From the IMG/VR virus record IMGVR_UViG_3300028805_000115: a stretch of DNA of 64,000 nt; one strand, 5' to 3'. Below the pieces are notes generated by a model that saw only the letters and a list, made by a program, of their open reading frames with translations, made no database searches and was not told the DNA's origin. The translations under genes were made by a program, and so were the position numbers. Within the stretch, counting starts at the first letter, position 1. Every line of letters starts with the position of its first letter. Shown in pieces: positions 31,503-41,580 of this stretch. The DNA comes from an uncultured virus (IMG/VR IMGVR_UViG_3300028805_000115) (taxonomy: Duplodnaviria; Heunggongvirae; Uroviricota; Caudoviricetes).

Positions 31503-31523
31503 AGTGTTTTCTCCTTTCAAGTC

Positions 31524-31823
31524 TCAGAATCTCGATGCTATGTAGTATCCAACTTCTATCATTGCCTCATCCCAAGGATAATCAACTTTGCTGTCACACA
31601 TTCCAATCAAGCCCTCATCAAACTCATCTCGAATGAAAAGCACATACCCAAAGTAATCATCTTTATCTTGCTTTACAGAAATCGGTAGAATCTCGTAATC
31701 ACGCATCTTTATCCATATCTCGTTTTTGCTGACCTTTTCGATGCTGATGTCTTTCTTGGTGAAACTGCTATTTTCATCTTTTAGCTTCTTAGCTAATGCT
31801 CTTTTGATTTTTTCGATGTTCAT
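31524..31823 (-). CDS. Hypothetical early protein
   Basis: ORF with AAAGGAG RBS directly behind a repeated promoter. Confidence 0.65.
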   Translation of the reverse strand: MNIEKIKRALAKKLKDENSSFTKKDISIEKVSKNEIWIKMRDYEILPISVKQDKDDYFGYVLFIRDEFDEGLIGMCDSKVDYPWDEAMIEVGYYIASRF

Positions 31824-31839
31824 AAGCTTCTCCTTTCTG

Positions 31840-31905
31840 CAAGTGTCATCTCATCTGACAATAACATTATACAACACGTTTTTGTGTTTGTCAACAACTT
31901 TTTTA
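31840..31905 (-). promoter_or_regulatory. Repeated early promoter element, copy 1
   Basis: TTGACA (31894-31889)-N17-TATAAT (31871-31866), conserved AAACGTGTT spacer. Confidence 0.85.
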
Positions 31906-32238
31906 AAGCAATTCTAAACATTTTTTCTGAATCTGCATAACTGCATCAAAAAGCTTTTTCTTATCAAGTCTTTTTGCATCAATAAGCTGAAATAAAACCT
32001 CTGTTTCATCGTTAATATCATTTAATACGGCCGTGTATTCATCACATGAAGCCTCCATACTTTCATAGTCTGACTCAAAGTATAATTTATCAAGATTTTC
32101 CTGCTCATCATAATACTTCATTTCACGTTCTACATAATCAGCTACATCATCAGACACATAACGTCTAATTGTCTCCACCACATCAGTCTTTTCAAAAACT
32201 ATAATGACTCCATCAGGTGTTTTTAATACATCTGCCAT
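31903..32238 (-). CDS. Hypothetical acidic protein
   Basis: 111-aa ORF with RBS. Confidence 0.6.
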   Translation of the reverse strand: MADVLKTPDGVIIVFEKTDVVETIRRYVSDDVADYVEREMKYYDEQENLDKLYFESDYESMEASCDEYTAVLNDINDETEVLFQLIDAKRLDKKKLFDAVMQIQKKCLELL

Positions 32239-32385
32239 ATCTCATCCCTCCTGAATCTCATCAAGCTTTCTATCTGCATTCTCAAGAACCATCTTTACAA
32301 ACTCAACCATCTTCCAAGCTTCTGCTTCAGTTAAGTCCTTGCCTGTCTTTTCTTTCCATATCTTGTTAAGCTCTTGCATCATATC

Positions 32386-32544
32386 TCAGTCCTCCTCATA
32401 AGTCTCTACGATTTCAATATTGTTCCCGCGCTCCTGCTTGCAATACTTCTCAGCGAATCTTGCGCCGTAAGCTGAACATCTGTATTCATGCATCACATCA
32501 TCGATTTTGTAAACTACGCAATATTTTTTCAAGTATGTTCTCAT
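32386..32544 (-). CDS. Small hypothetical protein
   Basis: GAGGT RBS behind repeated promoter copy 2. Confidence 0.5.
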   Translation of the reverse strand: MRTYLKKYCVVYKIDDVMHEYRCSAYGARFAEKYCKQERGNNIEIVETYEED

Positions 32545-32569
32545 ATCTCTTACCTCGTTCTTTCTTGTG

Positions 32570-32635
32570 TCGTATCTCTCAATCACAAGAACATTATATA
32601 ACACGTTTTTATATTTGTCAACCACTTTTTTAAAA
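32570..32635 (-). promoter_or_regulatory. Repeated early promoter element, copy 2
   Basis: TTGACA (32621-32616)-N17-TATAAT (32598-32593). Confidence 0.85.
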
Positions 32636-32649
32636 ATTTTTTAAATTTT

Positions 32650-32752
32650 TCCAAAAAAAAGAAGAAGAACTGCCATTTCTGACAGCTCCTCTTCCCGTTG
32701 GATACTATGGGTTCTCGTTATGAAAGTAAAAATGTCCGTTGCTTCTACGCAA
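32650..32752 (-). ncRNA. Candidate small RNA (~100 nt)
   Basis: Perfect TTGACA-N17-TATAAT with extended TG (32786-32758), no ORF, then hairpin and U8 terminator. Confidence 0.45.
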
Positions 32753-32775
32753 ATATTATTATATCACTTCAAGCT

Positions 32776-33813
32776 TTAATTGTCAATAGCCATATCCATT
32801 GCATGTTCTACAAGCTCTTCCACGTATCTTAACAGCTTATCATCACACTCCAGCGCATCTTTTACCTTGCTTGCTCCCTGTAATTTGTCATTGATTACTT
32901 CACCGCTTTCGATATCAACAATCTTATACCATGCTCCTGACTTCTCAATGATACCATACTTTGTTGCTACATCTATGAGGTCATGTATATAATCGATGCC
33001 GTCAGAATAAGTCAGCGTATAAAAACCTGTTCTACGCGATGGCGGACATGATTTCGTCTTTGTGATACTCATCAGCACAATATTTCCATACGGATTCTCT
33101 GCACCTCTTGTAAGCTCATTTCCTTTATCGTCAATATATTTACCTTTGCTGAAGTGTAAGCGCATAGTACACATGAACTTCCAGCACTTCCCGCCGGGTG
33201 TTTTCATACCTCCCCACTGACTCTTTAAGTCCTCGCGCTCCTGGTTGATACCTATCAATGTACAATGATATTTATGGCAAGCTGTCTCAGCTTTCTTGCT
33301 AAACTTTGTCAGTGGTCCTGCGATGCCTGCATATGTAGCATCTCCAATCTCTTTTTCAATCTCTTGTGCTGACATCAAAGCGGCCAAGCTGTCAATTATG
33401 ACTAATCCTACTTCCTCACTCTCTATCATAACAAGAATCATCTGGAAGATTTCTTCAGCTGACTGTGATTTAGGCTGTGTGATATAAAGCTTATCTACAT
33501 CAACACCAAGCTTTTTTGCCCATTCCACATCAAACGTATTCTCAGAATCTATCCACAATACGTCCTTATCAGGATACATGCTCTGAAAGTTTGCCACGAT
33601 GTCAAGTGCTGATGTAGTTTTACCACCACTTTCTTCACCATAAAATTCTATCAGTCTGCCTTCAGGTATCCCACCATATGTGCAATAGTTCATTCGTGGA
33701 CTCGTAAACGGTATGCGCTTGAATTGCTCATAGTTTGTGAGTCCTTTGGTTATGATTTCCTCTTTCTGTTCCTTGTTAATGCTCTTAATAAGCTCATCAA
33801 GTTTCTTTCCCAT
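32776..33813 (-). CDS. recA: RecA/UvsX-like recombinase
   Basis: GRLIEFYGEESGGKTT, WIDSE, IIDSLAAL, INQ, TPGG. Confidence 0.92.
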   Translation of the reverse strand: MGKKLDELIKSINKEQKEEIITKGLTNYEQFKRIPFTSPRMNYCTYGGIPEGRLIEFYGEESGGKTTSALDIVANFQSMYPDKDVLWIDSENTFDVEWAKKLGVDVDKLYITQPKSQSAEEIFQMILVMIESEEVGLVIIDSLAALMSAQEIEKEIGDATYAGIAGPLTKFSKKAETACHKYHCTLIGINQEREDLKSQWGGMKTPGGKCWKFMCTMRLHFSKGKYIDDKGNELTRGAENPYGNIVLMSITKTKSCPPSRRTGFYTLTYSDGIDYIHDLIDVATKYGIIEKSGAWYKIVDIESGEVINDKLQGASKVKDALECDDKLLRYVEELVEHAMDMAIDN

Positions 33814-33994
33814 TCTGTATCTCCTTTTCTTCTACCCAGCCACAGTTTACCCATGCTGTCGGAACTGTGTGTATATATGACTTTTTAAATACAGGACTAT
33901 CCTTACAGAACTTTGACCTAATTCTGCCAATCTTCATACCTGCTTTTGTTGGACAAAATACTTTCCCATCGCTTGCGTGAACATATGATGTCAT
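33797..33994 (-). CDS. Hypothetical protein
   Basis: 65 aa, overlaps both neighbours. Confidence 0.5.
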   Translation of the reverse strand: MTSYVHASDGKVFCPTKAGMKIGRIRSKFCKDSPVFKKSYIHTVPTAWVNCGWVEEKEIQNGKET

Positions 33995-34323
33995 ATGTCT
34001 CCTTCCTCTCTATGTAATGACTTTTCAGCATCAAATCCTTCGGGATATCGTGCTTTTAATTTATCAATATTCATCTGCATGATATCCTCAAGTTTCCAAT
34101 CATTTACGGTACACATTTCAGCTATCATCCACAAACAATCTCCAAGCTCTTTCTTGAGATGTTCTGGCTCTATATCATGCCCTTGAAACTGCTTTTGAAA
34201 TAAACCTGCTACTTCACCTGCTTCACTGCATAAACCAAACACTGAATGTCTTATAACTGCATATTTACTCAATGTCTGTGATATTGTTCTGCTTGCCAGC
34301 TTTTGATACTCATTTCCAGTCAA
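33991..34323 (-). CDS. MazG-like nucleotide pyrophosphohydrolase
   Basis: GLCSEAGEV...KELGDCLW...NIDKLKARYPEGF. Confidence 0.9.
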   Translation of the reverse strand: MTGNEYQKLASRTISQTLSKYAVIRHSVFGLCSEAGEVAGLFQKQFQGHDIEPEHLKKELGDCLWMIAEMCTVNDWKLEDIMQMNIDKLKARYPEGFDAEKSLHREEGDI

Positions 34324-34325
34324 CT

Positions 34326-34856
34326 TTAATTTCCTCCCATTCTTGTAAGTTCCATCTCTGTCATACGTCTTGTAAGAACCTTTTTACAGCTCTGTAAAAG
34401 CTCTTGCGCGTTCTCCACTTTCGCCTTCATTGTTTTCCACGCTCTTGTGTAGCATATGCTTGTTAATAGCTCTTGCTGACTATTAAGCTCGGCAATACTG
34501 TCTTTATCAGCTACAGTGCCTTTGTCCATCGATGCTCTTGTGGAATGATACATTTCCTTATATACAGCTTTTGCTATATCATCTCTGATTCCAAGCTGTT
34601 CCACCATGCCACCTGCAAAGTAGATGTATGTTGAAAGATTCATACAAAAATCATCAAGCTCTGCATCTGTAGGTGGATTCTGCCCGTCTGCAAGGCAATC
34701 CTTGATAAAAAGCACATAATTATCTAAATCCTTGCAATATGGCTTAATTATGCTGTCTACAATATCGCTTAACTGCTTAGAGTTATCCTCAATGTGTAGC
34801 TGAATGCCCTTTATCTCTTTTATTTTGATATCATCATACATATTGACCTTTGACAT
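34326..34856 (-). CDS. Helical protein, possible recombination mediator
   Basis: Coiled-coil between recU and recA; function inferred from position only. Confidence 0.4.
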   Translation of the reverse strand: MSKVNMYDDIKIKEIKGIQLHIEDNSKQLSDIVDSIIKPYCKDLDNYVLFIKDCLADGQNPPTDAELDDFCMNLSTYIYFAGGMVEQLGIRDDIAKAVYKEMYHSTRASMDKGTVADKDSIAELNSQQELLTSICYTRAWKTMKAKVENAQELLQSCKKVLTRRMTEMELTRMGGN

Positions 34857-35388
34857 GATTTACCTCCTCAAAAAATTGTTTCATATCATAATCAAAAAAT
34901 ATACGTTTCTTTTTACCCCGAATAAATGCGGTTACATAACCATTTCCCAAAGAGTCACAATAAACACATTCATCATACCGTATGCTTTTCTTCCCCATAT
35001 TTTTCATGGCTTCAAGCATTTGTATTGGAATAAACAAAGTAACATCCCTGTCAATCCACCAACATATCACTCCTGCGATTACTCCTGTAATCTTTGACTT
35101 CTCAAGCAATCCCTCCCACTGAGTATCAGTTATATTTCCATAGAATCCATGTAAAACACCATTCTTATCAGGTTTTGGAATACTGTGAATACTCAAAGTA
35201 TTTCCATGTACAGATTTACACTCTATGTGATATTCATAAGGTTTTCGATACACAATAAAATCACAATGGTTAGAACTACCCAAATATCCCGTTGTTTGGT
35301 CATGCAGTCTCACAACACTAACATCTGGAATCTTCTCAAATGCTGATTCTATAACTTCTTCAAACTGCTTTCCCCTATTTACTGCCAT
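34834..35388 (-). CDS. RecU-like Holliday junction resolvase
   Basis: NRGKQFE, CDF, IECKS, Q...L motifs. Confidence 0.75.
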   Translation of the reverse strand: MAVNRGKQFEEVIESAFEKIPDVSVVRLHDQTTGYLGSSNHCDFIVYRKPYEYHIECKSVHGNTLSIHSIPKPDKNGVLHGFYGNITDTQWEGLLEKSKITGVIAGVICWWIDRDVTLFIPIQMLEAMKNMGKKSIRYDECVYCDSLGNGYVTAFIRGKKKRIFFDYDMKQFFEEVNHVKGQYV

Positions 35389-36191
35389 TATCCGTCCTTT
35401 CTGCACTGTGTTTTAAATCCACAATACTCACAAGCTTTCTTGCTGATGTTCAAAGGCTTAGGCGGTATTTTAAGCTTCTTGATATAGCTGTCACAGTTTG
35501 ATATTAAACCAACAAGGTCCTGCTTCATATCATCAGTTGGCGTAAACATAAAAGACTTCATGTCCGATGTGTCTCTGTTGATATAAACAAAGACAACATC
35601 ATCAATTCCCAACGCGATTGAATAAGCTGTTCCTTGATTAAAGTGGTCAGGATTCACACTCTCGCGATTATAAAACTTGTTCGCGTTCTCTGTTTTCAGC
35701 TCAAGTATATAATACTTGCCCATATACTTGATTATACCATCACATAAAAAGCTCATGTTAAGTGTTTTATGATAAAGCTTTGTCTCATATGAACCATGCT
35801 CAAAATCCGGCTCCTGTTTAATTTCCAGATAATCAAGATTTCTGCTTCTCACAAAATCAGCAACATTGATGTACTCACAGTCCATGCCATTGCTTTTCAT
35901 ATCAAGCACTGCCTGCTGTATTCTTTGATGTGTGTCTGTTCCAGAATTACATATTCCTATGCTCATATAAGATTCAGGTGTCTCATCTACGGGCTTTCCG
36001 TAAATGATATAAGCCATCTGTCGTATACAATGCATCGCACTCGGCTTATATGTTCTACTGCCCGAACCTCTGTTTTTACTTGCTGTAAGCTCTATGCTAC
36101 GCTTTAAATCCTGCAAGAATGCTTTTTCTATCGGCATCTGCTCCGTAGCTTTGTTTACAAGCTTTACAAGATTTTTTAAATTTCTTGCCAT
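35388..36191 (-). CDS. Cas4-like PD-(D/E)XK exonuclease
   Basis: PS..C.R, GTDTH, DG...ELK, H..Q...Y, C..C.F...C. Confidence 0.8.
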   Translation of the reverse strand: MARNLKNLVKLVNKATEQMPIEKAFLQDLKRSIELTASKNRGSGSRTYKPSAMHCIRQMAYIIYGKPVDETPESYMSIGICNSGTDTHQRIQQAVLDMKSNGMDCEYINVADFVRSRNLDYLEIKQEPDFEHGSYETKLYHKTLNMSFLCDGIIKYMGKYYILELKTENANKFYNRESVNPDHFNQGTAYSIALGIDDVVFVYINRDTSDMKSFMFTPTDDMKQDLVGLISNCDSYIKKLKIPPKPLNISKKACEYCGFKTQCRKDG

Positions 36192-36199
36192 ATATCACC

Positions 36200-37150
36200 T
36201 CATAAAATATTTACTAAAATCTGTGGTACTGCTACTTCTTCATCAATCAATCCTGACTTTATTCCAACTTCTGCATTGCGTATAATCTGCATTGCATTGA
36301 TTAACTCTTTGACAGAATAATTGCCAATGTACTTCTTAGCGTTGTTTATCTGCCAAGTGTTTAATCCTGTACTCTTTGCAATGTCTCGACTTTTACACGA
36401 TTTTACCTGCAATGTCGCTTTAAAATTACTGTACAGATTTGATATCATCACCAGCGTTGCTTCACCGCTGTCATAGCTTTCCTGCATCAACTTGAATGCC
36501 ATATAAGCATCCCTCTGCATCACAGCATCTACAAAATCAAAGATAACATCTTTTGCAGGTTGATATATTGTACCTGACTGCATGAAATAATAAAAACAAT
36601 CTTCAGCGGTATAACCGTCAAAACCGCTCTTGCTGTTAAACGCCTTGATGTATGTTTTCATCTTGTCGATTTCAAGTAAGCATCTACCATAATCATACTC
36701 ACATATTTCCATCAACTTCTCACAGTCTTTATCTGACAGCTTGATTTCTTTCTTGATGTATTTCTTCAGGATTTCGCTTTTAAGCGTCTCAAATTCAACA
36801 ACTATATCTTTATACTGCTTGTACAGTTTAACGCGCTTATCAAGCGTTGTAAACATGCACACAAGCATATTTTTGCCGATGCATCTCTGCACTGCTTCAA
36901 GTGCTTTATCATTTTTCAAAATCTCTGATGACTCAGACAGAACATATAACGATTTTGAAGCTATCATGGATTTCTTTCTGCCAGACTGTATTATATCTGC
37001 GACATCATCAATCCATCTGATTTCAAATTTACCCATCTTTGCTATCTGCTTGAGATAGATATCTCTGACCGCAATCTCTGTTCCTGTAAAGATGTAAATC
37101 TGACGCATTCTACCCGACATCATCTCAGATTTCAGCTCGGTCAATGTCAT
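36200..37150 (-). CDS. Clamp loader delta (HolA)-like subunit
   Basis: YIFTGTE, DKR.KLYK, EIDK, IFDFVDAV, IKSG. Confidence 0.75.
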   Translation of the reverse strand: MTLTELKSEMMSGRMRQIYIFTGTEIAVRDIYLKQIAKMGKFEIRWIDDVADIIQSGRKKSMIASKSLYVLSESSEILKNDKALEAVQRCIGKNMLVCMFTTLDKRVKLYKQYKDIVVEFETLKSEILKKYIKKEIKLSDKDCEKLMEICEYDYGRCLLEIDKMKTYIKAFNSKSGFDGYTAEDCFYYFMQSGTIYQPAKDVIFDFVDAVMQRDAYMAFKLMQESYDSGEATLVMISNLYSNFKATLQVKSCKSRDIAKSTGLNTWQINNAKKYIGNYSVKELINAMQIIRNAEVGIKSGLIDEEVAVPQILVNIL

Positions 37151-37154
37151 AGCA

Positions 37155-37988
37155 TCACCTCGTCCAATATCTTCTCAGCTCTATTATCCATGCATCAATC
37201 AGCATTGATTTTGATACACCTCTGATTCCAAGCTGACTCATGTATTTACTTGTAATCGATGTGCCTGTCGCATATCTAAGTGGTTCTTTTCTCATGCGCT
37301 CCGCACATACTGCCATAAATGCTCGTAAAAACAGCTTGACATCATATCCTTCGCTGTCTTGCTTTACTGCTAATTTGTCAGATACCTTAAAAACATTTGC
37401 GCCATCAGCTACATCAATATTATCAACAACCTTATTGACATAATCGTAAAACTCTTTAATCCCATACTGCTTCATATGCTCGACATCGCCCGGAACATCA
37501 CATATATCACAGACCATTCCAAGCTCATCTGCTTTAGATACTCCTAAACGCTTGGAATATGCCCTAATTTCGTCGGAAGTATATGGGTCTAACTGAAATA
37601 TCGATGCCCTACTTCTAATCGTTTCTAACGTCATTTCTGCGCTTTCCAGCGTCATAATAAAATAAGCATTGTTTGGAGGTTCTTCTGTTATCTTCAAAAG
37701 TGAATTTTTAGCCTGTACTGACATTGTATCCGCATCTGCGATGATGTAAATCATCGTTTCTGTAGCTCTATAACTTGTTGATATCATTTCACGTATTGTA
37801 TCAATTCTAACATCAGGAAGCTTATATGCTGTGACTGAAGGATTACGTCTCCTAAACTCATCGACTATCCAATCACACATAGTTTTTTTACCACTTCCTA
37901 TCTGCCCTGTCAGAACACAGAAACGTGGGAACTCACTGTTATGTATTAACAGCTTAAATATATCCTGTAGTCTTTTCTGACCAATCAT
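37155..37988 (-). CDS. Clamp loader delta' (HolB)-like subunit
   Basis: MIGQ, G.GK, NSLLKITEEPP, TIRSR. Confidence 0.8.
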   Translation of the reverse strand: MIGQKRLQDIFKLLIHNSEFPRFCVLTGQIGSGKKTMCDWIVDEFRRRNPSVTAYKLPDVRIDTIREMISTSYRATETMIYIIADADTMSVQAKNSLLKITEEPPNNAYFIMTLESAEMTLETIRSRASIFQLDPYTSDEIRAYSKRLGVSKADELGMVCDICDVPGDVEHMKQYGIKEFYDYVNKVVDNIDVADGANVFKVSDKLAVKQDSEGYDVKLFLRAFMAVCAERMRKEPLRYATGTSITSKYMSQLGIRGVSKSMLIDAWIIELRRYWTR

Positions 37989-39028
37989 CTTTTATCTCCC
38001 TCTATCCATAATAATAATCTTGCTTCTATATCGCACTTTGGAACAGAACTATACTTGATATCGTTATCAAGCTTTACCACTTCATTCAAAAGCTCTGTAA
38101 AAATGTCATTGTCCTTTATCCATGCATCAAGTCTCTTTTCATACTCGTCAAGTCTTGGTATTGACATCTGTTTCCAATCACAGCCAAGCGCGTATTTGTT
38201 GACATCAAGTAAAAACTGCACATAGCTCTTGATAAATCGCTTTAAATCTTTGCCCTCACTATGCAAAGTATCGATGATTGATATCATCGCCATAGCATCA
38301 CCATAAACCAGCTTATCTGTCAGCTGAAACATGATATCATAATTGGTTGTGCCTAATGCTTTCACCACGTTCTCAAGTGTTAAATTTTTGCTATATGATA
38401 ATGCTTTATCCATCAGCGTTATAGCATCACGCATTCCACCATCTGCTATCTTGGCTATATACTCAACAGCATCTAAATCTTGATGGTCACCTTCAGGCAA
38501 GTTACCTTCTTTTATTTCTTGTGCTAATATCCAATCTAATCTATGCACAATACCATCCTGACTTATCCTTTGGAAGTCATACCTCTGTACTCTTGAAAGA
38601 ATCGTCTTAGGTATTTTCTGCGGGTCTGTCGTACAGAAGATAAAAATACTTTTTGCAGGGGGCTCTTCCAGAAGCTTCAGAAAAGCTTGCCATCCCATCA
38701 AACTGATTGCATGACACTCATCAATGATAAACACCTTATACTCACTGTCAAGTGCTTTAGTCTTTGCCTGCTGTATGATGTTTCGTACATCTTCCACACT
38801 GCTATTTGAAGCGGCATCCATCTCGATAGGATTTCCCTTTCCGATGTTTATCTCTGATGCAAAGATTCTGGCACATGTAGTCTTGCCCGTACCTGCTCCG
38901 CCACAAAACAAATAAGCATGTTTTACTTCATTGCTTTCCAATTGTTGCTTCAAAATCACTTTGATGCTCTCTTGCTCTGTTACGTCATCGAATGACTTAG
39001 GTCTATATTTTACTGCTAATGGTGTCAT
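37985..39028 (-). CDS. dnaX: Clamp loader gamma/tau (DnaX)-like subunit
   Basis: KYRP, HAYLF.G..GTGKTT, DAAS, IIDECH, LKLLEEPP, TILSR, GGMRDA. Confidence 0.92.
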   Translation of the reverse strand: MTPLAVKYRPKSFDDVTEQESIKVILKQQLESNEVKHAYLFCGGAGTGKTTCARIFASEINIGKGNPIEMDAASNSSVEDVRNIIQQAKTKALDSEYKVFIIDECHAISLMGWQAFLKLLEEPPAKSIFIFCTTDPQKIPKTILSRVQRYDFQRISQDGIVHRLDWILAQEIKEGNLPEGDHQDLDAVEYIAKIADGGMRDAITLMDKALSYSKNLTLENVVKALGTTNYDIMFQLTDKLVYGDAMAMISIIDTLHSEGKDLKRFIKSYVQFLLDVNKYALGCDWKQMSIPRLDEYEKRLDAWIKDNDIFTELLNEVVKLDNDIKYSSVPKCDIEARLLLWIEGDKR

Positions 39029-39228
39029 TTCTCCTCCTCATACTTGATAAATGCTATAGCTAATCCACAGACTAAACAGATAACTAATCCTGTAAGCCAC
39101 AGCTTAATCTGCGATTCAAGTCCGCTTGCTTCGGGTGTCTCTGAAAAGAAACACATCATGCCGAATATGAATCCTATAACAAGCACTATCTTAATAATCC
39201 ATAAACATGCTTTCATAACTTTGTCCAT
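39025..39228 (-). CDS. Two-TM membrane protein
   Basis: Two hydrophobic helices. Confidence 0.6.
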   Translation of the reverse strand: MDKVMKACLWIIKIVLVIGFIFGMMCFFSETPEASGLESQIKLWLTGLVICLVCGLAIAFIKYEEEK

Positions 39229-39231
39229 GTA

Positions 39232-39456
39232 TCATTTCCCCTTTCCTACAAGTACGTACTCAGCGTAATTAGTTACATGTCCATAACGATTTATCGTAGT
39301 ACACGTATTGGTAATAATATTCATTCCGTGATTATGTCTCAGCACATAAATGATTGCTGAAAGTCTCGTGATTCCACCAGCAAACGCGCTCATACTTGTG
39401 ACTCTTTCGCCAGCTTCAAGTTTCTGCTTAATGATGCTTAATTGTGTTGCGTCCAT
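39232..39456 (-). CDS. Small winged-HTH-like protein
   Basis: L..G..VT...A....ITRLSAIIYVLR pattern. Confidence 0.6.
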   Translation of the reverse strand: MDATQLSIIKQKLEAGERVTSMSAFAGGITRLSAIIYVLRHNHGMNIITNTCTTINRYGHVTNYAEYVLVGKGK

Positions 39457-39773
39457 TGTAATACCTCCTTAAAAGTCTTTTCGTCTATGATGTAATAGCG
39501 ACTGCCACTATCACCAAAATCAAAACATAAAGCATTATAGCTTTTATTCATTGCGAATGCTTCTTCCTTGTTCTTATCAAGCCAATCACGTTTAATGCTG
39601 AACGATGCTTTTTCTGTCGTTGCTGTCTTGCATTCTATCAGCCAATCTTCTGTCGTAACATCGCCCTTTTTAAACTCTGTCGCTCCGCTGTTTGCTGTCT
39701 GCTTTCCTTTGATAACTTTAGCAACCGCCTTTTCTTGACGGTTGCTATAAAATCTCGTAGGTCTTTTATTCAT
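39438..39773 (-). CDS. PD-(D/E)XK nuclease / Hjc-like resolvase
   Basis: QE..VAK, NSGA...KGDV, IECK. Confidence 0.7.
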   Translation of the reverse strand: MNKRPTRFYSNRQEKAVAKVIKGKQTANSGATEFKKGDVTTEDWLIECKTATTEKASFSIKRDWLDKNKEEAFAMNKSYNALCFDFGDSGSRYYIIDEKTFKEVLQWTQHN

Positions 39774-39774
39774 A

Positions 39775-40383
39775 TCATCTCCAAATCAACCATGAAAGTA
39801 TGTTATTCTCAAGCACATATCCAAGATTGTACTCAAGGGAACAAGCATATTTCTTATCGCCAGTTCTGAACTCTTTACACTGATTCTTTATACACTCAAG
39901 CGACTTCTTAACCGAACTGATAAGCTCATCATAAATCTCTTTGCTCTTTTCAATCTGCGCCTCAAGTAACTTTATCAGCTCATCAAGCTCAATAATACGC
40001 TTCTTTATTTGCTCGAAAAGCTCATCAGGTGTGTACAAATACGTGGGAATCGTACAGCTGTAATAAGGCTTATCTGCTTTCTCTCTGCGCGGGTCATCTT
40101 TCGGTAAATCATTGACATTGATGTAAGCCCAGATATTGTAGCTACGACTTACGCCACGCTTATTTCTACCAACAACACTAAGTATCGGATGATGGTCATC
40201 TGAATACCTCTCGTACCCGTAATCTGCATTCTTGAAACTCTTTGCTCTTGAAGCAAAATCTGAACCATCTTTCTTCTTCAGAATCTCGACTTTTGACCAA
40301 AGCTCTTTCTCAAGCTTTGCATCCTCGATACTATTAAGAAGTGCACGCCTTACATCTTCAAAATCTCTAACCTCTTCGCTCAT
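39775..40383 (-). CDS. Hypothetical early protein
   Basis: AAAGGAGG RBS behind promoter copy 3. Confidence 0.65.
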   Translation of the reverse strand: MSEEVRDFEDVRRALLNSIEDAKLEKELWSKVEILKKKDGSDFASRAKSFKNADYGYERYSDDHHPILSVVGRNKRGVSRSYNIWAYINVNDLPKDDPRREKADKPYYSCTIPTYLYTPDELFEQIKKRIIELDELIKLLEAQIEKSKEIYDELISSVKKSLECIKNQCKEFRTGDKKYACSLEYNLGYVLENNILSWLIWR

Positions 40384-40407
40384 AAGCTCTACCTCCTTTC
40401 GACTCTT

Positions 40408-40475
40408 TCAAGTGTCATCTCATCTGACAAGAACATTATACAACACGTTTTTATGTTTGTCAACACTTTTTTGAA
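40408..40475 (-). promoter_or_regulatory. Repeated early promoter element, copy 3
   Basis: TTGACA (40463-40458)-N17-TATAAT (40440-40435). Confidence 0.85.
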
Positions 40476-40483
40476 AAAAAAAT

Positions 40484-40937
40484 TTATTTTTTATTTTTCT
40501 CGATGTAAAACTGCTGTTCTAAGCTATCTTCCCACAGATTCTCATCTACTTTCTTGAATCCTGCTGATGCAAGCGTTATCTCTGCTTCTTTCTTTGTCTT
40601 GAAACCCGGATGTGCGATTCTTGACTTACCATTTACTGTCGCCATAACTAACCATTTTCCAAAAGCTCTCATATCGTCTCTCCTTTCAGCAATAACAGCT
40701 GTCCTCGATTTCTTCAATCTCTGCACCAGTAAGTCCACACTCTTTCTGAAGTGCCTGCTCTTTAGCAGTGATAGATGCTGAAATAAATATCTTTTCCTCT
40801 GCGGTGTATCGTGTACTCAGAAACATCTTCATAAGCTTCTTAATACCTGTTATCAGCTCATTCTTGATATACTCATCAATATCTTTCTTGCTATTGAAAA
40901 CAACGTGGTCAATGTAGTAGCCTCTGTATTTTGTCAT
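40484..40937 (-). other. Two small hypothetical ORFs (40484-~40672 and 40686-40937)
   Basis: ORF track; both have RBSs. Confidence 0.55.
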
Positions 40938-40944
40938 ATCTCGT

Positions 40945-41030
40945 ACCTCACTTTTCTGTCACTGTCTCTCTCAATCACAAGAACATTATATAACATGTTT
41001 ATTCATTTGTCAAGCACTTTTTTAAATTTT
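40945..41030 (-). promoter_or_regulatory. Repeated early promoter element, copy 4
   Basis: TTGACA (41013-41008)-N17-TATAAT (40990-40985). Confidence 0.85.
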
Positions 41031-41438
41031 TTAAATGTACTGTGAATAACCCATGATACTTGCTAAAAAGCTTCTTTTTGCGTTTACATACTCTGCAAAA
41101 GTCAGATTCTTGTATTCTTTCGTCTGCTTATCTATCTCGAAAGATTCTGACAGCATCTCTTTAATATCGCAAACACCATCTCTACCACCGAACATTTTAA
41201 CTATCTGATAAAGATTTATTGTCATTCCCCTGTTTGTCATATCTCGTCCTCCTCACACAATCTTAACAATTTTGCCATACTCACCGTTGGAATAAATTCT
41301 GCAATATCTGATTTCTTTAAAATCTTTTCTTGCTATCATCTGTTTGATGTTTGCATCTCTTTCTTTTGCTGTCTCACAATTAAATGTATCTTGAAATCCA
41401 TCATTCCATGTAAAATACACAGCGTATTTATCTTTCAT
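41031..41438 (-). other. Two small hypothetical ORFs (41031-41240 and 41253-41438)
   Basis: ORF track; RBSs; bracketed by promoter copies 4 and 5. Confidence 0.55.
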
Positions 41439-41444
41439 ATCTCA

Positions 41445-41530
41445 TACCTCACTTTTCTGTCGCTGTCTCTCTCAATCACAAGAACATTATATAACACGTT
41501 TATTCATTTGTCAACACTTTTTTAAATTTT
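41445..41530 (-). promoter_or_regulatory. Repeated early promoter element, copy 5
   Basis: TTGACA (41514-41509)-N17-TATAAT (41491-41486); near-identical to copy 4 over ~90 bp. Confidence 0.85.
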
Positions 41531-41536
41531 TTTTCC

Positions 41537-41572
41537 AAAAAAAATAAGAGACCCTCTCGGACCTCTTATTTT
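41537..41572 (-). terminator. Intrinsic terminator after the sliding clamp gene
   Basis: AATAAGAG...CTCTTATT stem with U-tract. Confidence 0.7.
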
Positions 41573-41580
41573 ATCAAGCC

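Noticed and set aside
32718..32738. Possible pairing of the 32.7-kb sRNA with the start of ORF 23673-23858
   Set aside because: About 17 contiguous pairs but five are G-U in low-complexity sequence; could easily be chance.
35388..36191. Cas4-like gene as evidence of CRISPR-Cas
   Set aside because: Solo Cas4-like exonucleases are common in phage recombination modules; no array or other cas genes.
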